A stretch of 64,000 bases of DNA from Eledone cirrhosa (GCA_964016885.1 OZ024755.1:39246001-39310000), one strand, 5' to 3'; shown: positions 40,872-58,650, counted from the stretch's first letter. Notes: generated by a model not told the origin, from the sequence alone. Program-made: numbers and translations.

Positions 40872-40907
<36 letters not shown>

Positions 40908-40918
40908 CATAAACGATA

Positions 40919-40970
<52 letters not shown>

Positions 40971-41037
40971 CATATATATACATATATATATATACATATA
41001 TATATATACATATATATATATATACATATATATATAC

Positions 41038-41106
<69 letters not shown>

Positions 41107-41113
41107 TATATAC

Positions 41114-41144
<31 letters not shown>

Positions 41145-41157
41145 CATATATATATAC

Positions 41158-41188
<31 letters not shown>

Positions 41189-41253
41189 CATATATATATA
41201 TACATACATATATATATATATATATACATATATATATACATATATATATATAC

Positions 41254-41320
<67 letters not shown>

Positions 41321-41355
41321 TATATACATATATATATATATACATATATATATAC

Positions 41356-41386
<31 letters not shown>

Positions 41387-41409
41387 CACATATATATATA
41401 TACATATAC

Positions 41410-41483
<74 letters not shown>

Positions 41484-41541
41484 ATATATATATATGTAAA
41501 TATACATATATATATATACATATACATATATATATATATAC

Positions 41542-41572
<31 letters not shown>

Positions 41573-41883
41573 CATATACATATATGTATATATGCATATA
41601 TATATATATATACATATATAATAATATATATATATATGTATATATAAATATGTATATATATATATACATATATATATGTTTATATATATGTATATATATA
41701 TATATGTATATATATATATACATATATATACATTTATACATATATATATACATATATTTATATACATATATACATATACATATATACATATATATATAAA
41801 TATATTTTTACATACATGTATGCACATATACATACATATATATATACATATATTTTTACATACATATATGCACATATACATAC

Positions 41884-41968
<85 letters not shown>

Positions 41969-42003
41969 CATATATATACATATATATATACATATATATA
42001 TAC

Positions 42004-42034
<31 letters not shown>

Positions 42035-42053
42035 CATATATATATATATACAC

Positions 42054-42124
<71 letters not shown>

Positions 42125-42155
42125 CATATATATATACACATATATATATATATAA

Positions 42156-42240
<85 letters not shown>

Positions 42241-42241
42241 C

Positions 42242-42291
<50 letters not shown>

Positions 42292-42315
42292 ATATATACA
42301 TATATATATATGGAC

Positions 42316-42350
<35 letters not shown>

Positions 42351-42575
42351 CATATATACATATATATATGCATATATACATATATACATATATATATATA
42401 CATATATACATATATATATATATATACATATATATATACATATATATATACATATATATATATACATATATATATACATATATATATATATACATATATA
42501 TATATACATATATATATATACATATATATATATACATATATATATATATACATATATATATACATATATATATAC

Positions 42576-42678
<103 letters not shown>

Positions 42679-42712
42679 CATATATACATATATATATATA
42701 TATATGTACATA

Positions 42713-42750
<38 letters not shown>

Positions 42751-42859
42751 CATATATACATATACATATATACATATATATATATACATATATACATATA
42801 TATATATCTATATATATACATATATACATATACATATATACATATGTATACATATATAT

Positions 42860-42895
<36 letters not shown>

Positions 42896-43283
42896 GTAAA
42901 TATACATATATATATATACATATACATATATATATATATACATATATATATACATATATATATATATATACATATACATATATGTATATATGCATATATA
43001 TATATATATATACATATATAATAATATATATATATATGTATATATAAATATGTATATATATATATACATATATATATGTTTATATATATGTATATATATA
43101 TATATGTATATATATATATACATATATATACATATATACATATATATATACATATATTTATATACATATATACATATACATATATACATATATATATAAA
43201 TATATTTTTACATACATGTATGCACATATACATACATATATATATACATATATTTTTACATACATATATGCACATATACATAC

Positions 43284-43358
<75 letters not shown>

Positions 43359-43393
43359 CATATATATACATATATATATACATATATATATAC

Positions 43394-43424
<31 letters not shown>

Positions 43425-43481
43425 CATATATATATATACACATATATATATACATATATATATATATACATATATATATAC

Positions 43482-43530
<49 letters not shown>

Positions 43531-43549
43531 CACATATATATATATATAA

Positions 43550-43632
<83 letters not shown>

Positions 43633-43633
43633 C

Positions 43634-43689
<56 letters not shown>

Positions 43690-43713
43690 ATATATACATA
43701 TATATATATGGAC

Positions 43714-43766
<53 letters not shown>

Positions 43767-43889
43767 CATATATATATATGCATATATACATATATACATA
43801 TATATATATACATATATACATATATATATATATATACATATATATATACATATATATATACATATATATATATATACATATATATATAC

Positions 43890-43994
<105 letters not shown>

Positions 43995-44022
43995 TACATA
44001 TATATATATATATATGTACATA

Positions 44023-44064
<42 letters not shown>

Positions 44065-44339
44065 CATATATACATATACATATATACATATATATATATA
44101 CATATATACATATATATATATGTATATATATACATATATACATATACATATATACATATGTATACATATATATATACATATATACATATATATATATATA
44201 CATATAAATATATATAGATATAAATACATATATATATATATATATAAATACATATATATATATATATATATATAAATACATATATATATATATATAAATA
44301 CATATATATATATATATATATATACATATTTATATATAC

Positions 44340-44372
<33 letters not shown>

Positions 44373-44710
44373 CATATTTATATACACATATATATATATA
44401 AATATATATATATACATATATATATATACATATATATATATACATATATATACATATATATATATACATATAAATATATACATATATATACATATATATA
44501 TATACATATATATACATATATATATATATACTTATATATATATATATATATACATATATATACATATATACATATATATACATATATATATACATATATA
44601 TACATATATACATATATATACATATATATATATACATATATGTATACATATATATATATACATATATACATGCATATATATACATATATATATATACATA
44701 TATATATACA

Positions 44711-44778
<68 letters not shown>

Positions 44779-45311
44779 CATATATATACATATATATATA
44801 TATACATATACATATACATATATATATATACATATATATATACATATATATATATACATATATATATATACATATATATATATATACATATATATATACA
44901 TATATACATATATATACATATATATACATATATATATACATATATATATATACATATATATATATACATATATACATATATATACATATATACATATATA
45001 TACATACATATATACATATATATACATATATATACATACATATATACATATATATACATATATACATATATATACATACATATATACATATATATACATA
45101 TATACATATTTATACATACATATATATACATATATATATACATATATACATATATATATACATATATATATATATACATATATATATATTCATATATATA
45201 TATACATATATATATATACATATATATATATACATATATATATACATATATATATATACATAGATATATACATATATATATATATACGTATATATATATA
45301 CATATATATAC

Positions 45312-45387
<76 letters not shown>

Positions 45388-45427
45388 ATATATACATATA
45401 TATATATATATACATACATATATATAC

Positions 45428-45510
<83 letters not shown>

Positions 45511-45698
45511 CATATATATATATACATATATATATATACATATATATATATACATATATATTTATACATATATATACATACATATATATATACATATATA
45601 TATATACATATTTATACATACATATATATATATATACATATTTATACATACATATATATACATATATATACATACATATATATATATACATATATATA

Positions 45699-46313
45699 TG
45701 GTGGCTGCCAACTCGTTTTCGAGTACGGCCACTACTTTATATCCATGTAGGAGAACCCCTACCAATGCGCTGAACGAGTGTGACTTTTTAGTTCAGCCAG
45801 CGACTTGAAAACTCTGGTACAAACACTACACCTGTGACAATTATTGACACATAGTGCTGGGCCAATGGTACCATGTAACGACAAGTGCCGATAGATCAGA
45901 GATCTCCAGATATAAAGCAATGCCTGTGCCGTGAAGCTTTTATAGTGAGCAAAGGCACTGCACAAAGCCAGTCCCACTCTCTTAACCAAGATAATATTTA
46001 CCAAAAAGAAGAACAAGTCAACATCATTGGATACCATCAGGGTTGCAGGTGTTATATCAGAGTTTTCCTTCTCCTAGAATTCTGCCTTGACAAAGGCTCA
46101 GGGGTCATCTCTCCCAGTGATTTTGGATGGCCATTGACTCTAAAGAGCTCTTTTGCCCTTTGACAGGTTTTGTTTTTAGTCCTGCAGGATGTCCAAAGGC
46201 ACCCTCCTCACCAAGAAACCTTGGTGGGGTTGCCAGTTTAGTCGCCAACGACCCGACCATGGGACAGGTTGTACTGGGATACATGTTACCAGTAACACCA
46301 ACTGGTGACCTGA
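45699..46313 (-). mobile_element. ~610-bp non-autonomous RTE-like element, copy 2
   Basis: Matches 31056-31660; [24 protein letters not shown] zinc-finger remnant. Confidence 0.7.
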
Positions 46314-46428
46314 CACATATATATATATACATATATATACATACATATATATACATATATATATACATATATATATATATATACATACGATATTAAACAA
46401 ATGGAAACTATATTTATAAAACCATATT

Positions 46429-46494
46429 TATTTCATTATACATATTTCGGGGATACCATATTAAAAATATGGCATGCCTTCTTCAGATAAAATA
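46429..46494 (-). ncRNA. Type I hammerhead (family A)
   Basis: tattttat-CTGAAGA-aggcatgccatatt..aatatggtatcccc-GAAA-TATGTA-TA-atgaaata. Confidence 0.75.
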
Positions 46495-47431
46495 CAATAT
46501 ATAAACATTTTATAAATAATTTTGACGTACCATAAATATTGACCAACCGTTATGTAAAAAGCTGGTTTGTTAGTGAAATGTTTACAAATATTTAGTGTTA
46601 AGCACAGTTAAAAAGAAAGACAGAGAAAAAGAAGAAACGTATGTAAAGAAAAATAGAGAGAAATAGAGAGAAATAGGGGAGAGAGAAATAGTGAGAAGGT
46701 GAAAAAAGAGATGCAGCTGAGGCAACAGATGAATAATAATTATTCATCATACAAATTGAGAGATTTATGAGGGAGGGTGTACTGTAATTATTTAGTTATA
46801 ATGTTAAGGACATTTGGGGAGAGGGCGGAGAGAAAATAAGAAATGAAGAGAAAACAGAGAGAGAGAAAGATAGAGGTGGGGGGAGAATAGAGGTAGCCCA
46901 AATAATAATAATTATATATGGGGAGGTGAGAGAAATAGGAGAGAAATGAGAGAGAAACAAGAGAGAAACTCGAGAGGCAAAGTTAAAACAATACATAGAT
47001 TTCATCATATATAAAGAGGGAGGAGAAGAAAGAGCTATATCTAGAGAGAAGGATGATAGATTTACATCTTTACGTTATGTCCTATCAATTTGAATTATCA
47101 ATTCATATGAATTGGGTAATATAGTGTAAATATCAATATTCATGAATGAGACATAGATATATGTGTGAAAAATATTTTGCTCAACAATTACAATATGTTT
47201 AGTTTAAAAATTCTGAGGTCGATGTACCAAAAGTGAGATAAAACTTCAAAAAATACGGAAATATACATACACATGCATATGCATTTTCCGGAAAAGGAAA
47301 GATAGAGAAAAAGAGAAGGTCATCTCAAGATCTAGATGACACTTTAGACATACCCATGATTATACGTGATCAACTCTGTAATTTCTTGTTTCACAGAAAA
47401 AAATTTTTTTCCTTTGTTTTATAAAAGATTT

Positions 47432-47499
<68 letters not shown>

Positions 47500-48089
47500 C
47501 AAAATATATTAATATTCTTGCCCTCACATACATGATTATCGTTCATGTATAGAATATTATGCATATCTGTAACATATCCAGAACTATACCCACACATACA
47601 TATATATATATATATGTATGCACACGTATATGTACAGATATCAATATATCAGCACAGAGATATCAAAACGTTAAAAATATTTTCATCACTCCCTAGAGTA
47701 CCTCGGGCCGTAAAAAAACACAGTATACTCCCCATATCAACCACAGAAATCAACCCTTCCAATTTATCTGACAATATGTTGCCAAGTTCATTAGAAGCAA
47801 TCAGAATCAAAAAGCAAACAAAAAATCAAAAATTATTCAACAAAACTCATTTAGCAGAAATCATTTAAAGGATTTAGGAGACCCTGTTGTTCTACAGATG
47901 CTCTTATATTTAGTATAGAAGTTTATCTAGCGTAAAATGTATTCAATAGATTTATTGATCTACATTTTAGGGTAGTTTAATTACATCATTAGTATATATT
48001 TATGAAGAAGGTTTAAAAGAAAAAGTTGAAGGAGTAAAAAGATTTATCGTCAGGTTTCATACATTAATTAAATATTCTAATTAATTATG

Positions 48090-48330
48090 CTACATTTTAA
48101 ATTTATATTTATATTTAAACGTTGAGTTCAATCTATGTCTGCAGCAACTGAATAAATTGCTCCTTAAATTAAGGGAATTTTTGGATTTTAATATAAAGAA
48201 AATCTCCTCCACACAGAGGTCACATGTCTCAGATGAGGAATTAAAAGGAATCCCTCTTGAGACAATATTCCAAAACATCGAATACCCAACGTTATCATGT
48301 TTAAGTTGCCAGAGTAAGCCTGATAGTGAG
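48090..48330 (-). pseudogene. Penelope-like GIY-YIG endonuclease C-terminal fragment
   Basis: WNIVSRGIPFN..CDLCVEEIFFI..LNLRSNLFSCCRHR matches the typical C-x-L-C..LN.R.E...C.H tail. Confidence 0.75.
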
Positions 48331-48797
48331 CCTAAAATGTAGATGAATAAATCTATTGAATAAATTTTACGCTAGATAAACTTCTATACTAAATATAAAA
48401 GCACCCGTAGAACAACAGGGTCTCCTAAATCCTTTAAATTTCTGCTAAATGAGTTTTGTTGAATAATTTTTGATTTTTTGTTTGCTTTTTGATTCTGATT
48501 GCTTCTAATGAACTTGGCAATATATTGTCAGATAAATTGGAAGGGTAGATTTCTGTGGTTGATATTGGGGGCATACTGTGTTTTTTACGGCCCGAGATAC
48601 TCTAGGGAGTGATGAAAATATTTTTAACGTTTTGATATCTCTGTGCCGATATATTGATATCTGTACATATACGTGTGCATACATATATATATAAATGTAT
48701 GTGTGGGTATAGTTCTGGATATGTTACAGATATGCATAATATTCTATACATGAACGATAATCATGTATGTGAGGGCAAGAATATTAATATATTTTTT

Positions 48798-48864
<67 letters not shown>

Positions 48865-49808
48865 AAATCTTTTATAACACAAAGGCAAAAAATTTTTTTC
48901 TGTGAGACAAGAAATTACAGAGTTGATCACGTATAATCATGGGTATTTCTATAGTGTCAACTAGAACTTGAGATGACCTTCTCTTTTTCTCTATCTTTCC
49001 TTTTCTGGAAAATGCATATGCATGTGTATGTATATTTCCGTATTTTTTGAAGTTTTATCTCAGTTTTGGTACATCGAAATCAGAATTTTTAAACTAAACA
49101 TATGGTCATTGTTGAGCAAAATATTTTTCACACATAATATATCTATGTCTCATTCATGAATATTGATATTTACACTATATTACCCAATTCATATGAATTG
49201 ATAATTCAAATTGATAGGACATAACGTAAAGATGTAAATCTATCATCCTTCTCTCTAGATATAGCTCTTTCTTCTCCTTCCTCTTTATATATGATGAAAT
49301 CTATGTATCGGTTGTTTTAACTTTGCCTCTCGAGTTTCTCTCTTGTTTCTCTCTCATTTCTCTCCTATTTCTCTCACCTCCCCATATATAATTATTATTA
49401 TTTGGGCTACCTCTATTCTCCCCCCATCTCTATCTTTCTCTCTCTCTGTTTTCTCTTCATTTCTTATTTTCTCTCCACCCCCTCCCCAACTGTCCTTAAC
49501 ACTATAACTAAATACTTACAGTACACCCTCCCTACTAAATCTCTCAATTTGTATGATGAATTATTATTATTCATCTGTTGCCTCAGCTGCATCTCTTTTT
49601 TCACTTCCTCACTATTTCTCTCTCCCCTATCCCTCTCTATTTCTCTCTGTTTTTCTTTACATACATTTCTTCTTTTTCTCTGTCTTTCTTTTTAACTGTG
49701 CTTAACACTAAATATTTATAAACATCTCACTACCAAACCAGCTTTTTACATAACGGTTGGTCAATATTTATGGTACGTCAAAATTATTTATAAAATGTTT
49801 ATATATTG

Positions 49809-49874
49809 TATTTTATCTGAAGAAGGCATGCCATATTTTTAATATGGTATCCCCGAAATATGTATAATGAAATA
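49809..49874 (+). ncRNA. Type I hammerhead (family A)
   Basis: Mirror of 46429-46494. Confidence 0.75.
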
Positions 49875-50005
49875 AATATGGTTTTATAAATATAGTTTCC
49901 ATTTGTTTAATATCGTATATCTACTCCAAAACTTGTCGAGTGCTTTATATCAGTTATAAAATATTTACTTGTTGTAACCCAACAATTTTATATAAAACTT
50001 TTGCA

Positions 50006-52189
<2,184 letters not shown>

Positions 52190-53040
52190 AAATTCGAACT
52201 GATCCACTTTGGAAAAGAGGATGCTCTGAAACTCCCGTACTCCCTTCCCTCCGGGGAAACTCTCGTGGCATCTAACAACATCAGAGACTTGGGAGTAACC
52301 GTGGACAGCAACATAAGCTGGACCACGCATATAAGCAGCAAAGTTGACATGGCCCGCAGAATGTGTTTCCTGGATCCTCAGAACCTTCCAGTCGAGAGAT
52401 TCCCGCACCATTATCCTTCTCTTCTCTACTTTCGCCCGACCACACCTTGAATACTGTTGTCCACTGTGGTCTCCCCACACGAAACAAAGTATCATGAAAC
52501 TTGAAGCTCCTCAAAGGGCAATCACGAAAAGATAGATGGCATGTCAGACCTTGACTACTGGGGTCGATTGAAAACCTGAAACTTTACTCACTCCAACGTC
52601 GCCGTGAGCGTTATATTATCTGCATGATGTGGAAAATGTTCCATCATCACTGCCCAAATGATGTTGGCATCGCCTTCAAGATACACCCAAGGCTTGGGCC
52701 CCGTGCTATCCGTCCCATTCAAAAATCTAAATCGCAACTCATAACAACAATACGGCACAATTATTTCACCTCAATCGGCCCTGCTCTCTTCAACATCACA
52801 CCAGGACACGTCAAAACAGAAACTGACCACACAAAATTCAAGAAGTCTTTGGACAAATTCCTCCAAGTAATCCCGGACAAACCACCCACACCCGGATATG
52901 TCTCCGCAAACAGTAATTCTCTTCTCGAATGGGCCATGGTGCCCAAATCCTGAATTGAAAGACTTCGCCAGGTGGTGCTATTAAGTTAGACATGGCCTGG
53001 GCCAATACTGGCCAAAACATTTCAAAGTTATTCAAAGTTA
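52190..53040 (+). pseudogene. CR1/L2-group LINE 3' fragment
   Basis: [37 protein letters not shown]; TTCAAAGTTA tandem tail. Confidence 0.85.
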
Positions 53041-53090
53041 TATATATACTATTTATATACATATATATATATACATATATATATATATAC

Positions 53091-53127
<37 letters not shown>

Positions 53128-53128
53128 C

Positions 53129-53175
<47 letters not shown>

Positions 53176-53226
53176 CATATATATATACATATATATATAC
53201 ATTTATATATATATATACATATATAT

Positions 53227-53365
53227 AACTTTGAATAACTTTGAAATGTTTTGGCCAGTATTGGCCCAGGCCATGTCTAACTTAATAGCACCACCTGGCG
53301 AAGTCTTTCATTCAGGATTTGGGCACCATGGCCCATTCGAGAAGAGAATTACTGTTTGCGGAGAC
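53227..53365 (-). mobile_element. Inverted copy of the LINE 3' terminal ~140 bp
   Basis: Reverse complement of ~52898-53040. Confidence 0.9.
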
Positions 53366-53372
53366 ATATATA

Positions 53373-53457
<85 letters not shown>

Positions 53458-53458
53458 C

Positions 53459-53557
<99 letters not shown>

Positions 53558-53562
53558 TATTC

Positions 53563-53619
<57 letters not shown>

Positions 53620-53626
53620 TATACAT

Positions 53627-54305
53627 AAGCGATGAAATGCCTATGATAGTTGGAAGATCACTGATGAAGGACAAACTTTTTTCATAAGTAACCCATTTGC
53701 AACTCCGCAGCGCCCTTATTATCATATTTACACATATTTTTTCCTCTGCTGCTACACCGTCTTTTTCGTTCTATGTATCTTTACCCTTTCTAGCAGTCTC
53801 TCTCTGTTAGCCTCTTCCTCACCTCACCCTTCACTCACTCATTCTCTGTCACTACCTCTCCTCCTCCTCTTTCTTCCCGTTTGACCTGTGAGTAATTTTT
53901 TTCTCTCACATTCTCGGCCAAGCTGGTCGGAATTTTTTTTCTCTCTCGTCTACGATTTCACAGAACTTATGTTTACCGAATTCGCAGACCAGACCCCTTC
54001 TTTCTCCCGTTAGACCTGTGCGAAATTCCTTCCTTGCTCACATTTCAACCAGGTTTGATAGTCTTTGTTCTCTCGTTCACGATTTCACCGAACTTAAATT
54101 CATAGACATCTGGGACTTGTCTCCTTCTTCCTCACTTTCTGTTGCTTCACCATTTTGTTTGTTTACCCTCGCGTCCCCTTTATTTACGTGTCCCAACGAC
54201 TTTTTTTAGCTGTTGCTCGCACCAACCGGAGGTATATGGTCTTTAAAGCGATGAAATGCCTATGATAGTTGGAAGATCACTGATGAAGGACAAACTTTTT
54301 TCATA
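53627..54305. mobile_element. ~680-bp unit with 60-bp terminal direct repeats, TA-flanked
   Basis: AAGCGATGAAATGCC...CTGATGAAGGACAAACTTTTTTCATA at 53627-53686 and 54246-54305. Confidence 0.65.
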
Positions 54306-54327
54306 TATACATATACATATATATATA

Positions 54328-54791
54328 TACGATATTAAACAAATGGAAACTATATTTATAAAACCATATTTATTTCATTATACATATTTCAGGGACCATA
54401 TTAAAAATATGGCATGCCTTCGTCAGATAAAATACAATATATAAACAGTTTTATAAATAATTTTGACGTACCATATTATAAGCGACCATTAAATTAGGAA
54501 GCTGTCTGGGTCTGACTACCCAGACAGCTTCCTAATTTAATGGTCGCTTATAATATGGTACGTCAAAATTATTTATAAAACTGTTTATATATTGTATTTT
54601 ATCTGACGAAGGCATGCCATATTTTTAATATGGTATCCCTGAAATATGTATAATGAAATAAATATGGTATTATAAATATAGTTTCCAATTGTTTAATATC
54701 GTATATATACTCCAAAAACTTGTCGAGTGCTTTATATCAGTTATAAAATATATACTTGTTGTAACACAACAATTTTAAATAAAACCTTTGC
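54328..54791. mobile_element. Family A short fold-back with hammerheads at 54371-54434(-) and 54595-54660(+)
   Basis: Palindrome centred ~54514 (GGAAGCTGTCTGGG..CCCAGACAGCTTCC); CTGACGA cores. Confidence 0.85.
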
Positions 54792-54807
54792 ATATATATA
54801 TATATAT

Positions 54808-54864
<57 letters not shown>

Positions 54865-54878
54865 CATATATATAAATA

Positions 54879-56480
54879 CATGAATTGATGTATGACATAC
54901 CTCAACGGCTTTGATGGTTGAGGTCCAGTATTGGCAGTGATTTATTACAACAAATCTCAATATTTATATACCACAAATAATAACATGATAAACTTAAATT
55001 TAATGAAGAAGAGGATGTGGAGCGATATATAAGTATAAGGAGGGGGTGAGTATGAAGAAATGCATGAAGAAATATATAAATATATACATAAATTAATATT
55101 TAAATGCGTAAATATATGTTAGAGAAGAGAAATGAAGAGAGAGAGAGGGGGGAAGAGATATAAGAGAGAAGAAGAAGAAAAACGTAACTGCAAAAAAGAA
55201 AGAAAGAAAGAAGGAAGAAGGAGAAAAATGATGCGTGACCGTTGTTTTCAAATATTAAGTCTATTTGACTTAATATTTGAAATATCTTTTGGCTTTCAAA
55301 GCACTTAGATAACATAAATGATCACACTAGTTGAACGAGTTTGTTTACATTCTTCGTAAATAATTTTTGTTCTATCCAAATGGATTAATAATGTATATTT
55401 AACATGATTTATTCAGTTTAATAATATATGAAAAATCTTTAAAGGAAAACTATATATATTAAGATGTAATTACAGAACTGAAATCGAAATAATAATACTT
55501 TTAAGAGAAATTATAACTACTTATTAATCATTTAAGAAAATGACAACCAATGAATTGAAATGTTTTGATAATGGAAATAGAATAATTCAGATAATAATTC
55601 TTAACATAATATAAAATACATATACTGATGGTGATATGTGCATAGGTTGTAGTAAATATCCTTATACATATTTAATATGTATTTAAACTTGCTTTATAGA
55701 TAAAAATGTTTTTGAATTTTGTAACAAAATATTTAGTAAATATATTAATTAAACTATGCTTCTGATTATTATAGAAAATATTTTTATATTGTTTAATTTT
55801 GATATAATATATTAGTATAATTAGCTTAAACATAACCAAATACAAAAGATATTAAAAAGATTTCATGGTTTTTAATTGGTTGCTTCTATTTGACTTAACA
55901 TTTGAAAACAACGGTCACGCATCATGTCTCTTTCATCCTTCTTTCTTTCTTTTTTTGCAGTTTTGTCTTTCTTCTCTCTTCTCTCCCCCTCTCCCCCTCT
56001 CTCTCTCTCTCTCTCTTCCTTACTCTTCCCTAACACATATATTTACGCATTTAAATATTTATGTATATATTTATATATTTCTTCTTGCATTTCCTCATAC
56101 TCACCTCCTCCTTATACCTATATCTCGCTCTACATCCTCTTCTTCATTAAATTTAAGTTTATCATGTTATTATTTGTGGTATATAAATGTTGAGATTTGT
56201 TGTAATAAATCATTGCCAATACTGGAATTGAACCATCAGGGCCGTTGAGGTATGTCATACATCAATTCATGAATTTTATCTGAGGAGGACGTACTGAAAA
56301 AACAGCACAGTACCTTCGAAATATATATAATAAAACATATATTTTGATTATGTGAATGTCTTCATTTATTAATATTTTGAATAATATTAATAACTCCAGA
56401 AAACTTCTTTGTAGAGTGCTTTTAATCTATTGTAAAACTATATTCATTGAGTAATTAATGAACCATATTAATCTTTGTTA
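54879..56480 (+). mobile_element. Penelope-like terminal-repeat remnant with inverted arms (family L)
   Basis: 54879-55261 mirrors 55892-56271; hammerhead follows the right arm. Confidence 0.75.
56274..56335 (+). ncRNA. Type I hammerhead (family L)
   Basis: ttttat-CTGAGGA-ggacgtactg..cagtaccttc-GAAA-TATATA-TA-ataaaa. Confidence 0.8.
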
Positions 56481-56502
56481 TATATATATATATGTTTATA
56501 TA

Positions 56503-56586
<84 letters not shown>

Positions 56587-56587
<1 letters not shown>

Positions 56588-58348
56588 CGAAGCCAGAGGG
56601 GTTCTTTGATGCCACAACACTACATGAAGAAATGGCAACCATCAACCACATAGACATAACGGAGGAGGATGTGGTGTATGCCATTGATGAAATTAGAACA
56701 GACTCGGCCGCTGGACCTGATGGATTCCCATCAGTTCTCTTAAAAATATGTAAGCGGGCCTTAGCAACTCCAGTGAAGATGCTCTTCAGAAGCTCCTTGG
56801 CTAGAGGTGTACTACCCAGGGAGCTGAAAGAAGGCACAATATGCCCTGTCCATAAAGGAGGTAGCAGAGCGGAGGCCAAAAACTAAAGGCCAGTCTCCCT
56901 GACGTCGCATATCAGTAAGGTCATGGAGCGAGTCGTCAGAAAGAAACTGATCACTTTCCTCGAGGAAAATGACCGCCTGACTAGCACGGAACATGGCTTC
57001 CGCCCAGGAAGAAGCTGCCTTACACAGCTGCTACATCACTACCATTGGGTACTGAGACAACTACTAGACAGCTCACATGTGGACGCGATATATCTTCACT
57101 TTGCGAAGATCGACCACGGAATGATATGTCACAAACTACACGGACTCGGCATAACTGGAAAAGTAGGTGAATGGCTGCATGGCTTCCTAAGGGACAGAAG
57201 CCAGGCAGTCGAAGCAAATGGGGCCCTCTCGAAGGAAACACCAATAACAAGTGGGGTGTCCCAGGGGACAGTCCTGGGACCACTACAGTTTTTGGTGGCT
57301 CTCTCAGACATGCCCTCTATAGTACATACAACAACATCCCTCACTAGCTATACTGATGACACTAAGGTAGCACAGGCAATCAAAAACCCGGCTGACGCTG
57401 CCCTTTTACAGCAGGATCTGGATGCCATATACAAATGGGCGGAAGAAAACAACATGCAGTTTAATGCTGGCAAATTCTAAGCCCTACAATACAAACCTCC
57501 AAACAAACCTGCAAACACAAATATAGTGGAACACAACTACACAGGACCCGGAGGGACCGATATCCCCGTGTTAAAATCGATACGAGACCTGGGCATAGAC
57601 ATGAGCGATGATGCATCTTTTTCTTCACACATCATGAAAGTGGCGACAATGTGCAGACGACTTGCTGGCTGGATCTTGAGGACTTTGCGGACAAGAGATC
57701 GAGACACCATGTTGACACTATGGAGGACATTTGTCCTAAGCCGCCTGGACTACTGCTCGCAGTTATGGTCACCCCATAGTGTCAAACTAATCACGGAGCT
57801 TGAGGCAATCAAGCGAAGCTACACCAAGAGGATTGCCAAGATGAGGGAGACAAGCTACTGGGAGAGGCTGAAGGAACTGAACCTCTACTCCTTGGAGCGA
57901 AGACGGGAGAGATACGCAGTGATCTACATGTGGAAAATCCTGGAGGGACTAGCACCAAACTTTGGCATTGGTAGCTGGACCAACCGTCGAACAGGACGTC
58001 ACTGTGTGGTGCCAAAGGTCCCGGATTCTACAACTAGAATAAGGAGCAGGTATTGCAATAGCCTGGGATTCAAGAGCCCTCAACTCTTCAACAAGCTGCC
58101 GAGGGATCTGAGAGATTTGCATGACGTGGAGGTGGGTGTCTTTAAGAAACATGTCGACACCTTGTTATCCAGGATCCTGGATGAGCCCACAGCAAGACAA
58201 GAGGGAAACCTAAGGGCAGCAGCAACAAAATCCCTCTTACACCAGTGGCCAACCTATACAGGCTGGAGATAAAATGTGTAGCAACAAGGGCGGAGCCCCA
58301 GCATGGCCTCAGCCGGATGGCTGAAACAGGTAAAAGAGTAAAAGAGTA

Positions 58349-58350
<2 letters not shown>
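56587..58350 (+). pseudogene. 5'-truncated CR1/L2-group LINE reverse transcriptase
   Basis: SAAGPDG, N*RPVSLTS, HGFRPGRSC, SGVSQGTVLGP, YTDD, RLDYCSQLWSP; two in-frame stops; (GTAAAAGA)n tail. Confidence 0.92.
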
Positions 58351-58385
<35 letters not shown>

Positions 58386-58650
58386 ATATATATATATATA
58401 TATATTTTAATTATACAAACACATATACATACACAAACTCACGCATATACATAAATATACGGAAACTTATACATTCACAGATAAGTATATGTGCGCCTAC
58501 ATGGAAATACAAATACACACATATAAATGGGTTATTTTCCTCACATATGCGCACACACACGCACACAAGCACATACACGTACTCAAAAATATCGCACAAA
58601 TATACATACACACAATATATATATGTATATATAAGTATATATATAAATAA

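Larger units (their letters stand above)
39457..40874 (-). mobile_element. Head-to-tail trimer of a ~470-bp hammerhead-bearing unit (retrozyme-like, family E)
   Basis: Units start at 39457, 39929 and 40397 (472/468/472 bp), appear identical apart from an internal TA run; one hammerhead per unit. Confidence 0.9.
46385..50005. mobile_element. Penelope-like element remnant with ~1.59-kb inverted arms (family A)
   Basis: Arms 46385-47971 and 48331-49918, 359-bp spacer with a GIY-YIG C-terminal fragment; hammerhead near each outer end. Confidence 0.85.

Noticed and set aside
55282-55885. AT-rich spacer in family L as a Penelope ORF remnant
   Set aside because: No recognisable peptide motif found by eye
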